A stretch of DNA of 64,000 bases, taken from NCBI GenBank assembly GCA_002269645.1, contig NIVC01003506.1:1-64000 (forward strand), read 5' to 3'. The stretch is from Macrostomum lignano (taxonomy: Eukaryota). Below, one piece after another: positions 1-18,700 of the stretch (position 1 is the stretch's first letter; each line of letters begins with the position of its first letter). The translations under genes and the position numbers were made by a program. Below the pieces are notes generated by a model. The model was given only the letters and a program-made list of their open reading frames with translations. It was not told where the DNA came from and made no database searches.

Positions 1-1
1 T

Positions 2-112
2 CAGCGCTGCTTCAACAGCACGACATTGCCTAGAATGCCGTACCAGCAACAGCAGCTCCATCACATGCAACAGCTTCATTCGCGTTCGCTACTGGCGCTC
101 AGGCGTGATTGA
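2..112 (+). CDS. possible 3' end of an upstream gene (QRCFNSTTLPRMPYQQQQLHHMQQLHSRSLLALRRD*)
   Basis: Frame is open from the window edge to tandem stops TGA TAG at 110-115; Gln/His-rich, higher GC than flank; CAG|GTGCGT donor-like site at 143-151. No family recognised. Confidence 0.3.
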   Translation, partial: QRCFNSTTLPRMPYQQQQLHHMQQLHSRSLLALRRD

Positions 113-1520
113 TAGTTCACTTGTTTGAACTTTCTGGGTCTACAGGTGCGTAATTAGGCGGTGATAGTTGAAAACTAAAGTAAAATAGCTAACGGAAATT
201 AAAATAAAATTAACCAACATCCAAAGTTGAAAGCTTATGGAAGAAAGACTGAAGACAGGCAAACCAAGAGAAGTCACTGGTAGAAGTTAACCAGGAGTTA
301 ATCAACCAATTAATCCTATCAGAATTTTAGACTAGATTTTATTAGCCATTGATTAAACTTTGTTCTAAAAATCGTCGCTAATAATGTAACGGCACAACAT
401 ATGTCTGCACACCGCTCTGTTAAATAGTTTAGCACTCTGCTGTTTATAGCGGGTCAGGCAGAAAGTATTCAGAATTGTTTAAGAAGAAAGCAATTTTCTG
501 TTGCATTATCATTATCAACCAATATGTTATTCACATTCAATGTTAATTGCACGTAAGTAAGCGCCTAGATATTTTGATATAGCTAGTTATAATTGTCACG
601 TACATGTAAGAATATGTTTTTACTAACGATTCAACTATTTTTGTATTTCCTTTTAACGAGTACTACGAGCAGTCGAGCATGCTATATATATCATCATTAT
701 GCTGTACGTCTAAATTCTGGACTACAGCTTATTATCGAGTGAAAGCATATAGAAATTTTTAATTTTTAGTCACTTCAGCAATTGGTAATTTGTGTACAAG
801 GACGTGAAACTGCTGACTATGCTGCTACTATTATATTATAACTCATAGTCTCAGAATGATCGCTACATTAGTAATTGGCCCGTTTCTTATATACCCCGTC
901 CTTTATACACGAGCTAATTTCCGGCATAATCTCTGCTACGTGTAAGCCAGTTAAGTGCGCGACAGCCCTCAGCTTGCACTCTGCGAGTACATTGTCGTTG
1001 TAGAGATGAAACCTGCTTTTTATTTATATTTGATCTGCTTGGATTTTCTTTTTGTTAAAGCGTTTGTTACAGTTAAAATACATGATTAAAGTTCCTCAAC
1101 TTGAAGCAGATATCAGGAGTATGGCGGGTGCCCTTTTTGCTTGTACTTGCAGGATATAGCACAGAATATAGCGCTATGAATTATCATTCTCGAACTAGCT
1201 ACATGTAGCTGCTGTTATAGTTAGTCTAGGCGTGTTGAAACGGGGTGAAACGCACTGCATCTCGCCCGCTGCAATAATCTATGGCTATGGCCGACTTCCA
1301 TAAGTAAAAAACCTCGTATGCATATAAGTAAGTATCTAGTTAATGTTTCTACAACTTGTAGATTTTGAAAGTAAAGCTTAGTACTGCTAAATTATGCTTA
1401 GTATCAGTTACTTTTTTTAATTCGCAAAATAAGGAGTTTTGGCTCCGCCCCCACACCCCGCAAGGGGGCTCAGCGCCCCTTGACCCCGCTTTCTTTTGAC
1501 TTTGCCTTAGACATTTTCAG

Positions 1521-1777
1521 CGGGCCGTGAAACCGACTGAATACATTGGAGTAAATGGGATTTTACCATAGACAGTCTCAACGGGCCATGAAACCGACTG
1601 AATACATTGGAGTAAATGGGATTTTACCATAGACAGTCTCAACGGGCCGTGAAGCCGACTGAATACATTGGAGTAAATGGGATTTTACCATAGACAGTCT
1701 CAACGGGCCGTGAAACCGACTGAATACATAGGAGTAAATGGGATTTTACCATAGACAGTCTCAACGGGCCGTGAAAC
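1521..1777. repeat. 61-bp tandem repeat, 4 copies plus a partial
   Basis: Unit CGGGCCGTGAAACCGACTGAATACATTGGAGTAAATGGGATTTTACCATAGACAGTCTCAA starts at 1521, 1582, 1643, 1704 and 1765 (partial). Confidence 0.95.
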
Positions 1778-3059
1778 GCGCCTCGGCGTTATAGCTCGTT
1801 TCTGCCCTCTGCAGCCCATCAATATATACCAGTATACTAGCAAAAAGCCGATTCCCACCCCAGGAATACAAAAGCCATTCTAAATGATTATAATCACTCG
1901 CTTTTTTATTCCTTTATAATTTTTCTTCAATTTCTTCAGATTTCAATTCCGATCGTAACCATATGATCACGCTATAGAACTCAAAGCGTATAATTTTTTT
2001 GTTTAAGGATAAAAATATTTCTGAACAGACTCTGGGAAGCAGATAATATAACTCGAGATTCGCCATAAATACAAGCATTAAGCAGCTCAGCACTGCAGCG
2101 ATGGAGTAAAATTTCGCTGAGCTGCATGCAGACTCGACGAGGAGCCACATCAATTTATAGTGTGAGATTGCTAATCGGATAAAGATGCCTATTGCAGCGA
2201 GGCGCAGTAAAGCTGGCCTACATGGAATTGCAGGGAGCAGTGAGTGAGCAGCGATATACATCGCTTCAGCATATAATTTTCATTGCAACCAACAATTTTG
2301 CGTTCACGCAATGAGAGGAAAAGAGGGAATCGAGAGCGACATATCTGAAAAATGAAACAAGATCCTTCTGCACACCCGCACTTAGCAGCAGGTCTGACAA
2401 GCTGCTAGCACCACTTGCCCGCACACAACGGTTCTGTTCGCAAAAGATAGCCAAGCGTTTCCTGCTCACAGCTCTCAATAGCAACTCTTGCTCTCTTGCC
2501 ATCGACTCACATCTTCCTTCCTCCCAGCAGTCCCCCGGGTCCATTTCCCGAAGGATTTCTACAAGAACGATCGCGCTGAGGCCGGATTGACCTGCTGCTT
2601 GTTCTGGCTTGGCACAATATTAGAGAATAAATTTGGGAACACATAACAGGGGGAACTCTGATGGGTCGATAAAAATGCATTTACATCAGTGGGGAGAGAG
2701 AGATCTGGGGAAAGACAGAGAAAAATGTAGTAGAGAAGTAAAGATCGTTTGAGACGCGGTGGGATCAGATGGAGTGAGGATGCGGTGGTTGGCTGGGTCT
2801 GACGCGTATAGACTAGATTTAGTGAATAATTTATACTGTCGTCAAACCGTGACAGCGACAGTCGTGGCAATGATGAGACGACTACCCACCGAACGATAAA
2901 AACGCTCAGTATCAAATATTGCTCGCTGAAATTAATAGTTACTCCGAATAAGCTGAACACATATTCAAATCTATCATGGGTGTGCGAGGCCACTTCAATA
3001 TTTCTGAATGTAGGTAAGGGGAACCTTTTAGCTAATGTAAGAATATCTAGACACAACAG

Positions 3060-3215
3060 GCCAGGGTTGTAGCCTAGTGGTTAGAGCGTCGCGGTCTCAC
3101 GACTTGAAGGTCGGGGGTTTGATTCCTGATACCATGGATTGGATTTGATTTCCATGAATTGGAAAAATTTGTCTTGAGTAAGTAAGACACCTAACCCTGC
3201 ATCGCTTCAGTTCAT
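3060..3215 (+). mobile_element. tRNA-derived SINE with CORE-like central domain
   Basis: Pol III A box TAGCCTAGTGG (3070) and B box GGTTTGATTCC (3116) in a tRNA-like head without a canonical anticodon arm, followed by GTCTTGAGTAAGTAAGACACCTAACCCTGCATCGCTTCAGTTC, which resembles the CORE-SINE (MIR-type) core. Confidence 0.7.
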
Positions 3216-5586
3216 ACAGAATTATTTGGGGCAACTCAATTGAGGCGACTCCACAAGGCTGTAAAGGCCTTGTGTGGGGAGTGGGGAGCCCCTCAGTCCT
3301 TGACTGAACAGCCAGCAGCCTTCAGATGCGCCGCGCAATAGCTGCAGCTGCTGTCGGTTGTACATGTGCCCATTGGACAGGTGTAATAAATTATTACTAT
3401 TACTAATAGGCCTATATGGAAAATAAGCCAACTGCCTAGTTTTCTTCAGCAGTGCCTCAAGAAATACAATAAGCACAAAATTACAATTTGCTGATCGCAC
3501 ATAACAATTTCAAACAACCATCAGAGTGAAATACAAGAGTCCATTTACTAAAAAAATTGTTTAACCTTTCTTTAAGTATGTTTACAAATCTTGATTTGCA
3601 ACTAAATACGGCTGAAACTATCCCATTATCAAGTCTGAATTAACTAACATAATTTCCCCTAACACTCCAAAATTAATTACAATGTTTCTATGACGCAATT
3701 AAGAGCCTGCTTTTCAGTGTTGTCATCATAATTGTTTGCTAGTCATGACAAGTTTTATAATTACTTTAAAATAAGTAGTCACTTGCCGATTAATATGACC
3801 TGGAGATGAGACCAATGGAATTGTTTTTGAAAAGCCGATTAGTTAGCTTGATTTTCTTTAAACTGTTTACTTTAAGTAGTATTGAATTCAATACATGCAG
3901 ATTGATCAAATTTAGATAAATAAAAGCTAATATAGAGTAGATAATGCGCAAATATATTAGTAAATTTGTACTTAAGCTGTTAAAATTAATTTGGCACAAA
4001 TAAAGATAAATGAGGCAAGTATTACGTGTTTCTGTTCTTATATTTTTAAGTGCAATATTTAACTTGCTTTTCAAAGAAACTGAAGCATTAATCTTGTAAT
4101 ACCCTTGTGTCATCACCGTTAAAACATTTCTTGTAAATAGATCCGAATTTTAAGTTGGTGTCGTTTCTATTTATGTTGCCGCAAATTTTCCAATTTTCTA
4201 TTTTAAAGTCTTATAGTTTCCTTTAGAGTCATTGTCATAATGAAAGAGATTATTTTCCAATGAGTTGTTGATTGTACTGTGTAGGGTAGTGCATGTAAAC
4301 AGGAAGTTGTGAGCTTGGCTTGTGTTGTTGCATTTGTGTCTAATCCTGATCCCTTATTGTTAAATTTCAGAAAAAATTATTCAACGTAGCAAAGTGATCC
4401 GTTAAATTTAGAGCAAGTATAAGTTTTTTGCAATGCAAAATAACTTTATTGCACTTTGTCGCAATGGCACTTCTTTCCAAAAATTTTATGATCAACTTCA
4501 AAAACGTGATCGACTGGAAAGACGAAGAATTGTTAATATGATTATTGAAGGAGCCACCTGTTTGATCAACTCATCTCGTTATGGTTTGTATAAATTTGTT
4601 TACAATATGCAATATATTTTATATTAATTTATAATTATATGACTAGGGGCCTATGTTTACCACCAAATTCAAGACACTTATAGCCTATTTTTATTATGAA
4701 AAGGACATATTTAGGCCTACTTTGTCCTTTTATTTATTTATTTCCTTATATAACTTTTATTTTTAACTAGTTAATTTTTAATAACTTTTATAACCTGGAC
4801 TAGGCCTTACCCTAGGCCTAGGCTATTATTATTAGTAGTATTGTGGTTAGGCCTATTCGTATTATATCATAACCTAGGTCAGTTTGAGTGCCTAGTCCCA
4901 AGTACAATATAGGTTAGATGTTAATATAACATGTGTAATGATGCTCTGTCTAGTACTTACATGGATATAAGCAAGCGTGATGATGCTCTGCAATAATAGG
5001 TTACTCTGTTTAGTATTGTGACATTCAGAGTTTGTGCTGCAGCTTGGGGTATGATGACAATCTTGTTTATATAGTGGGTATACAATATAAGTAGAGATAT
5101 AGTTGGTACAAGCTATATGCTCTCTCAGCATTATGACCCTTTGGCAAGAACTCCCTGTAGCCTAACAAGCTTCACTGTAGTAGTGCTTCAATACTCTACG
5201 AATTTTGAGCAATAAAGGTATGTTTTCTTAGAAACCAAACTCGTGCAAAATACTAGATAAATATTTTGTTTTAATGCATCAAATGTATTTGTTTTACCAT
5301 ACCAAATATTTTGTTTTACTAGGCCTATGCAAAATATTGGAGAATTATTTTTTTGTTTTAATCATATGGAGGGGAAACCACTATATATAGGAGTGATTTT
5401 GTAGCAAATAAACCAACTGTCTGATACTTGTAAGCAAATATTATGAGCAAAATAGCAGTTCAATCTATACATTTCAAAGTCTTTCAAGCTAAATAACAAC
5501 TTATTCATTTGCAAAACCTGAAAAACAATTCCAAGAAATTTGCTAAGAGAGGAATTAGGACTAATTCTTGGAGATATACTAAGAGA

Positions 5587-6358
5587 GGCGCCGTGACCCT
5601 CTAGTCTCAGTGAACGCCCGATTAGGACTATCTACTAATTCATGTACCAGTACTAGACCACTTAGGCCATAAGCTACCAGAACATTACCAGAATGCTACT
5701 AGAAACACTACCAGAAATGCTACTAAGAATGCTACCCAGAAATATTCAAATGAAATTCTAAGAAACAGTTAGAAACATTAAGGCAAGATTTAGTGTCAGC
5801 AATAGAAATTTAAGAGAGGAAATTAAAAACCTGTCACAGCTTGTGGCAATTAGTGGGATATTCAGAGGATAGAAGTAAGCCCTACGACACCCTTAGGAAA
5901 ATATTTTAGAACATATGAGTAGTTTTTTTTTAGATTTGCCAAGATTTAAAGTGCATTTAAGTTTTGTAACTTTTGCATAAAATAAAGAGGCCTAGTATGG
6001 CCTATTACATAATGTAAGTTACATTAAATGTAACAACAAAAAAAGGTTTTATTGTGTCCCAGGGCTCTTATTTATTCCTTTGCTTGCCTTACTAGCTGCC
6101 ACCAAGCTGTTACAGGGGTTATTCCTTTTTGTTAATATTGCTGGTTATTATCTGCCTTTTACTAGTAGCATATGTACTTCTATTGTAGCATATGTACTCT
6201 TATTGGTAGCGTCTGTACTTCTATTGGTAGTGTATGTACTTTTATTGTACTTTCTGGCCTGAGCGGTCTTTTTAGGCACTGTTTATCCTATTCCTATACT
6301 CCTCTAACGATATTATTCTCAGTCCTGGGTGTTCCCGGGATCAGAGGGTCACAGCGCA
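5587..6358. mobile_element. degenerate inverted-repeat (foldback-like) element relic
   Basis: GCGCCGTGACCCTCTAGTC...GAACGCCC..AGGACT at 5587-5630 matches the reverse complement of about 6320-6358; short internal tandem repeats at about 5650-5740 and 6165-6250. Confidence 0.4.
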
Positions 6359-7765
6359 CTTCGCTGGGTATTCTGCCCTGAGGCGGGTTTCTCAGACTCT
6401 AAGCTTGGAGTTCTCTACCCTGTGGTAGGATCTCTGCCTCCTAAAGGCGGGTTACTAGACTCCTAAGTCTAGGATTTCTCGTTCTCTGAGAATGGACTGG
6501 ACTCCCAATCTTGGGGCAACTCATAAACTACTATCCACTACTCGAAATAAGTAACACGAGCAAATACGAGCTCAAGGCTGATAGAATTTCTTCTCTACTG
6601 AGAATTGCTTATTGTTCAACGAGGAACAGACAAGAGCAAGTTGGTTTGCTAGGCTCTCAAATGGCAAAACAAAATAATAGCTTTTTTTGAATTTATACCT
6701 TTTCTAAGAAATGTAAACTACTAAAAGAAGAAGGCCTATTACAATTGTCATAATAGAAAAGTAAAGTTGCATAATTTTGAAATTCTATTATACATTATAG
6801 TCATTTCCAAATTTTTGGCATTTACCTAAAACTTTGCCTAAAAAATTCTAGCATACACTTAACACCTTCCTAACAAAGGTATGCATTGGCTTTGTATGCC
6901 AAAAGTTTGCCATGCATATACCTGGCATAGTATATAGTTTATATAATCACATAGAAGAGTTTATTAAGTGGAAAAATATTAATAAGTTTATTTTTCTAGG
7001 TTGAATAATATTATGATTAAACTTTTATCTAAGATCCTAGGATTGCAGGATTATAGAATTAGGATTAGGAATCAATTATTAAGTATATATCAAGGTCCAT
7101 AGTCAGGAAGAAGGCATGTATGCTAGAAATTTCTAGGGTAGAATCAATAAATTTGGCATATATGTTGCATACAAAAAGTGATTCTGGTCTTTTGGTATAC
7201 ACACTTAATATTTTAATGTTTGATATGTATCTAAAGTTTAAAAAAATTACATTATCAATAGCACTTACAATAGTTGTCTATGAATTAAAATTTTAACAAA
7301 GATATACAAATTATTTTTTGTTTGTTATATATATTCAAAATGGAAATACAAATATAATAGTTATTTTTAGTCTTTTATTTTATCTAATTGATATTAAATA
7401 TCAAAATTGCTAGTCTAATAGTAACATTTCAAAATTGATAATTTGAAGCTTTGCATATTTGGTATACATTGGGATATATAAAGAATGTTCCAAACTATGG
7501 ATCAAGGTTAGAAAAGGATAAGATTTTTGCAATTGGATAAAATTAAATTAACTGTTATCAACAACTATTATTCAGTAGTATTTATTGTATGAATTGCAAA
7601 ACCAAATTTAGAAGTAGAATTGTAAGTTAAAAAATAATAAAGTGTCAAGAATAAACTTCCTATGTGCAAAAGCTTTTTATCGCTCCAAATATGGCTATGG
7701 GAAGTTATCGATCAGAGGTTTTTAAGCACAAATCAATGATTGTTACCTTTTTAGTAGTGACTTGA

Positions 7766-13716
<5,951 letters not shown>

Positions 13717-14504
13717 AAGCGATTTTTTTAGAGATTTTGCTCCATATTTCTCTTCCCTCTTTTAATAAATTGACTGCCACGTGATTTGGTTGCGTCATAA
13801 ACAGTCATCATCAGTTTAGAGCATGTTCATATGTCATACACTCGGTCAATTGGGGTCATGCTAAATTAAATGAGTCATGGCGTGTTATTTAGGGTCATGA
13901 AAATTCATAAATCTTAGGGTCGAACTAACTGACTGCTAGATTCGAATAGGTCATTTAAGGTCGTGCTAGACTCCTCAGTCGTTCCTCAGTCAAGGTCACA
14001 CTGGACTGAAACGAGGCATACAATGTCATTTAAGGTCACGCTGCAGTTACCAGTCTGTGTTTGCAGACAAAATGGGTGATTTTATATGAGAATATTACAA
14101 TAAGATTCCAAGACTAATTTGCTTGGTTTGCCTTTCCAATCCATAATTGATAACTTTGCTAATACAAACCATATTTTCCTTGCTTAATTTATGCCTGAAG
14201 ACCCAATATTTCTAGGTTCAGGTAGATTCACTGGATTTGTTTAACTTTTTAATAAGATTTGTAATTTTGTGTCTACTTTTTTGTCTTGTCAATGCTTCGT
14301 GTGAATATCAGTTCGGCTTGCTCAGTGCTATCTCTGTGTTTCAATCACTTCGAGTTTTAATTAAATTGCTCCAAATTTGAAGGATTTTTAGTTCTCTTAA
14401 ATATGCCAGTTCTTTATATGGATATCATCACTAACTGCTTTAATTGTATTTTAGTTCGAGCTTTAGGAGGTTGAACCCTGTTCATGCCCTCCCTGTAGTG
14501 AACT

Positions 14505-15080
14505 GTTTACCCTCCTCAGAAAGCTGCTACCCTCCTCAGAGAGCTGCTACCCTCCTCAGAAAGCTGCTACTCTTCTCAGAAAGCTGCTACCCTCCTCAGA
14601 AAGCTGCTACCCTCCTCAGAGAGCTGCTACCCTCCTCAGAAAGCTGCTACCATCCTCAGAGAGCTGCTACCCTCCTCAGAAAGCTGCTACCCTCCTCAGA
14701 GAGCTGCTACCCTCCTCAGAAAGCTGCTACCCTCCTCAGAGAGCTGCTACCCTTCTCAGAAAGCTGCTACTCTTCTCAGAAAGCTGCTACCCTCCTCAGA
14801 GAGCTGCTACCCTCCTCAGAAAGCTGCTACCCTCCTCAGAGAGCTGCTACCCTCCTCAGAAAGCTGCTACCCTCCTCAGAGAGCTGCTACCCTTCTCAGA
14901 AAGCTGCTACTCTTCTCAGAAAGCTGCTACCCTCCTCAGAAAGCTGCTACCCTCCTCAGAGAGCTGCTACCCTCCTCAGAAAGCTGCTACTCTTCTCAGA
15001 AAGCTGTTTGCCCTCCTCAGAAAGCTGTTTGCCCTCCTCAGAAAGCTGTTTGCCCTCCTCAGAGAGCTGCTACCCTCAGA
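14505..15080. repeat. 20-bp minisatellite, about 29 copies, intergenic
   Basis: Unit CCCTCCTCAGA(A/G)AGCTGCTA. Confidence 0.95.
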
Positions 15081-15765
15081 GTTTCCAAAGTTAGTTATAG
15101 TTTTTTCCTAAAACTCACTCTGCCCTGTCCCTATATTCACTTGATTTGATGCCAATGTTAAAAATCTATTTTGTTTCCTAATGTACATGATTCGTTTTTG
15201 CTGTTAAATGCTGGTTCGTGATGCTCCATCGTATCCCAGCTTCCCGCAATTGTACAATTTTTTACCCCAAAAATTGGTCATTTTTTCCTTCCGATAAAAA
15301 TCGCTTTGTTTTACTCACTTTCCCCGTTTCAGTCAGTAGTATTAGTGGCGCGCGTGAATTATTTCTCTCCAAATTTGGTTATATTAAACCCCACCCTCTT
15401 CCGCGCAAAAATTACAAGATTTCATTCATTCAAGTTGTTCTCAAAAGTTCTGCTGCTACTATAAGATTTTTCCTATTTTTTTCTTTTACACATTCTATTA
15501 CTGAGCTAGTAGTAACTGTAGATTATTGCTTGGCACCTACCTAATTACTGTGAATAGTTGGTTGCGAACTAAAGATTATCTGCACCAGCTGTTGATTGCT
15601 TATCTATATATATTAATATAATAATCAGTGATGGATCTGGCTTAACTACCCCTGTCATTCATGCATGAGCTCATGCTAATGCCCAAACTGTCTGCTTCAG
15701 TACAATCTCCATGCAGCTTCTTTGTTATTTTTTATATTCAAATGATAATTCAAGCCTTATTACCT

Positions 15766-18700
15766 TGAGGGTGAGATTTTGAAATTAGTCAGGATTGAGG
15801 GGTGAGATTTTGAAATTAGTCTGTTGTGAGGGGTGAGATTTTGAATTAATCGGTTGTGAGGGGTGAGATTTTGAAATTAGTCAGGATTGAGGGTGAGATT
15901 TTGAAATTAGTCTGTTGTGAGGGGTGAGATTTTGAATTAATCGGTTGTGAGGGGTGAGATTTTGAAATTAGTCTGTTGTGAGGGGTGAGATTTTGGAGTT
16001 CGTCAGTTGTGACGTGTGAGATTTTGGAGTTCGTCAGTTTTGAGGGATGAGATTTTGGAATTAGTCAGTTGTGAGGGGTGAGATTTTGGAATTAGTCAGT
16101 TGTGAGGGGTGAGATTTTGGAATTAATCGGTTGTGAGGGGTGAGATTTTTTAATTAATCGGTTGTGAGGGGTGAGATTTTTGAATTAGTCAGTTGTGAGG
16201 GGTGAGATTTTTGAATTAATCGGTTGTGAGAGGTGAGATTTTGGAATTAGTCAGTTGTGAGGGGTGAGATTTTTGAATTAATCGGTTGTGAGGGGTGAGA
16301 TTTTTTAATTAATCAGTTGTGAGGGGTGAGATTTTTTAATTAATCGGTTGTGAGGGGTGAGATTTTTTAATTAATCGGTTGTGAGGGGTGAGATTTTTTA
16401 ATTAATCGGTTGTGAGGGGTGAGATTTTGGAATTAATTGGTTGTGAGGGGTGAGATTTTTTAATTAATCGGTTTTGAGGGGTGAGAGTTTGGAATTATCG
16501 GTTGTGAGAGGTGAGATTTTGGAATTATCGGTTATGAGGGGTGAGATTTTGGAATTAGTCAGTTGTGAGGGGTGAGAGTTTGGAATTAATCGGTTGTGAG
16601 GGGTGAGATTTTGGAATTAGTCAGTTGTGAGGGGTGAGATTTTGGAATTAGTCAGTTGTGAGGGGTGAGATTTTGGAATTATCGGTTGTGAGGGGTGAGA
16701 TTTTGGAATTAGTCAGTTGTGAGGGGTGAGATTTTGGAATTAGTCAGTTGTGAGGGGTGAGATTTTGGAATTATCGGTTGTGAGGAGTGAGATTTTTTAA
16801 TTAATCGGTTGTGAGGGGTGAGAGTTTGGAATTAATCGGTTGTGAGGGGTGAGATTTTTTAATTAATCGGTTGTGAGGGGTGAGATTTTGGAATTAATCG
16901 GTTGTGAGAGATGAGATTTTGGAATTAATCGGTTGTGAGGGATGAGATTTTGGAATTAGTCAGTTGTGAGGGGTGAGATTTTGGAATTATCGGTTGTGAG
17001 GGGTGAGATTTTGGAATTAATCGGTTGTGAGGGATAAGATTTTTTAATTAATCAGTTGTGAGGGGTGAGATTTTGGAATTAATTGGTTGTGAGGGGTGAG
17101 ATTTTTTAATTAATCGGTTGTGAGGGGTGAGAGTTTGGAATTATCGGTTGTGAGAGGTGAGATTTTGGAATTATCGGTTGTGAGGGGTGAGATTTTGGAA
17201 TTAGTCAGTTGTGAGGGGTGAGAGTTTGGAATTAATCGGTTGTGAGGGGTGAGATTTTGGAATTAGTCAGTTGTGAGGGGTGAGATTTTGGAATTAGTCA
17301 GTTGTGAGGGGTGAGATTTTGGAATTATCGGTTGTGAGGAGTGAGATTTTTTAATTAATCGGTTGTGAGGGGTGAGAGTTTGGAATTAATCGGTTGTGAG
17401 GGGTGAGATTTTTTAATTAATCGGTTGTGAGGGGTGAGATTTTGGAATTAATCGGTTGTGAGAGATGAGATTTTGGAATTAGTCAGTTGTGAGGGGTGAG
17501 ATTTTGGAATTAGTCAGTTGTGAGGGGTGGGATTTTGGAATTATCGGTTGTGAGGAGTGAGATTTTTTAATTAATCGGTTGTGAGGGGTGAGAGTTTGGA
17601 ATTAATCGGTTGTGAGGGGTGAGATTTTTTAATTAATCGGTTGTGAGGGTGAGATTTTGGAATTAATCGGTTGTGAGGGATGAGATTTTGGAATTAGTCA
17701 GTTGTGAGGGGTGAGATTTTGGAATTATCGGTTGTGAGGGGTGAGATTTTGGAATTAATCGGTTGTGAGGAATGAGATTTTGGAATTAGTCAGTTGTGAG
17801 GGGTGAGATTTTGGAATTAATCGGTTGTGAGGGATGAGATTTTAGAATTAATCCGTTGTGAGGGATGAGATTTTGGAATTAATCGGTTGTGAGAGATGAG
17901 ATTTTGGAATTAATCGGTTGTGAGGGATGAGATTTTGGAATTAGTCAGTTGTGAGGGGTGAGATTTTGGAATTATCGGTTGTGAGGGGTGAGATTTTGGA
18001 ATTAATCGGTTGTGAGGGATGAGATTTTTTAATTAATCAGTTGTGAGGGGTGAGATTTTGGAATTAATTGGTTGTGAGGGGTGAGATTTTTTAATTAATC
18101 GGTTGTGAGGGGTGAGAGTTTGGAATTATCGGTTGTGAGAGGTGAGATTTTGGAATTATCGGTTGTGAGGGGTGAGATTTTGGAATTAGTCAGTTGTGAG
18201 GGGTGAGAGTTTGGAATTAATCGGTTGTGAGGGGTGAGATTTTGGAATTAGTCAGTTGTGAGGGGTGAGATTTTGGAATTAGTCAGTTGTGAGGGGTGAG
18301 ATTTTGGAATTATCGGTTGTGAGGAGTGAGATTTTTTAATTAATCGGTTGTGAGGGGTGAGAGTTTGGAATTAATCGGTTGTGAGGGGTGAGATTTTTTA
18401 ATTAATCGGTTGTGAGGGGTGAGATTTTGGAATTAATCGGTTGTGAGAGATGAGATTTTGGAATTAGTCAGTTGTGAGGGGTGAGATTTTGGAATTAGTC
18501 AGTTGTGAGGGGTGGGATTTTGGAATTATCGGTTGTGAGGAGTGAGATTTTTTAATTAATCGGTTGTGAGGGGTGAGAGTTTGGAATTAATCGGTTGTGA
18601 GGGGTGAGATTTTTTAATTAATCGGTTGTGAGGGGTGAGATTTTGGAATTAATCGGTTGTGAGGGATGAGATTTTGGAATTAGTCAGTTGTGAGGGGTGA

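Noticed and set aside
1914-3056. Three abutting hydrophobic minus-strand ORFs vaguely resembling a 7TM receptor
   Set aside because: No diagnostic GPCR motif could be identified, frames do not join cleanly, and AT-rich DNA gives hydrophobic ORFs by chance; an HMM search against 7tm families would settle it.
3063-3135. Functional tRNA gene
   Set aside because: Anticodon arm is malformed, the B box is degenerate, there is no acceptor-stem pairing or oligo-T terminator, and it continues into a SINE-like core.
3326-3392. Candidate first exon of fem-1 (MRRAIAAAAVGCTCAHWT, phase-1 end)
   Set aside because: No ankyrin similarity to the FEM1 N-terminus and a weak GTGTAA donor.
4080-4140. GDD-like reverse-transcriptase motif (FNGDDTRVLQD) on the minus strand
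   Set aside because: Isolated, with no flanking RT motifs in frame.
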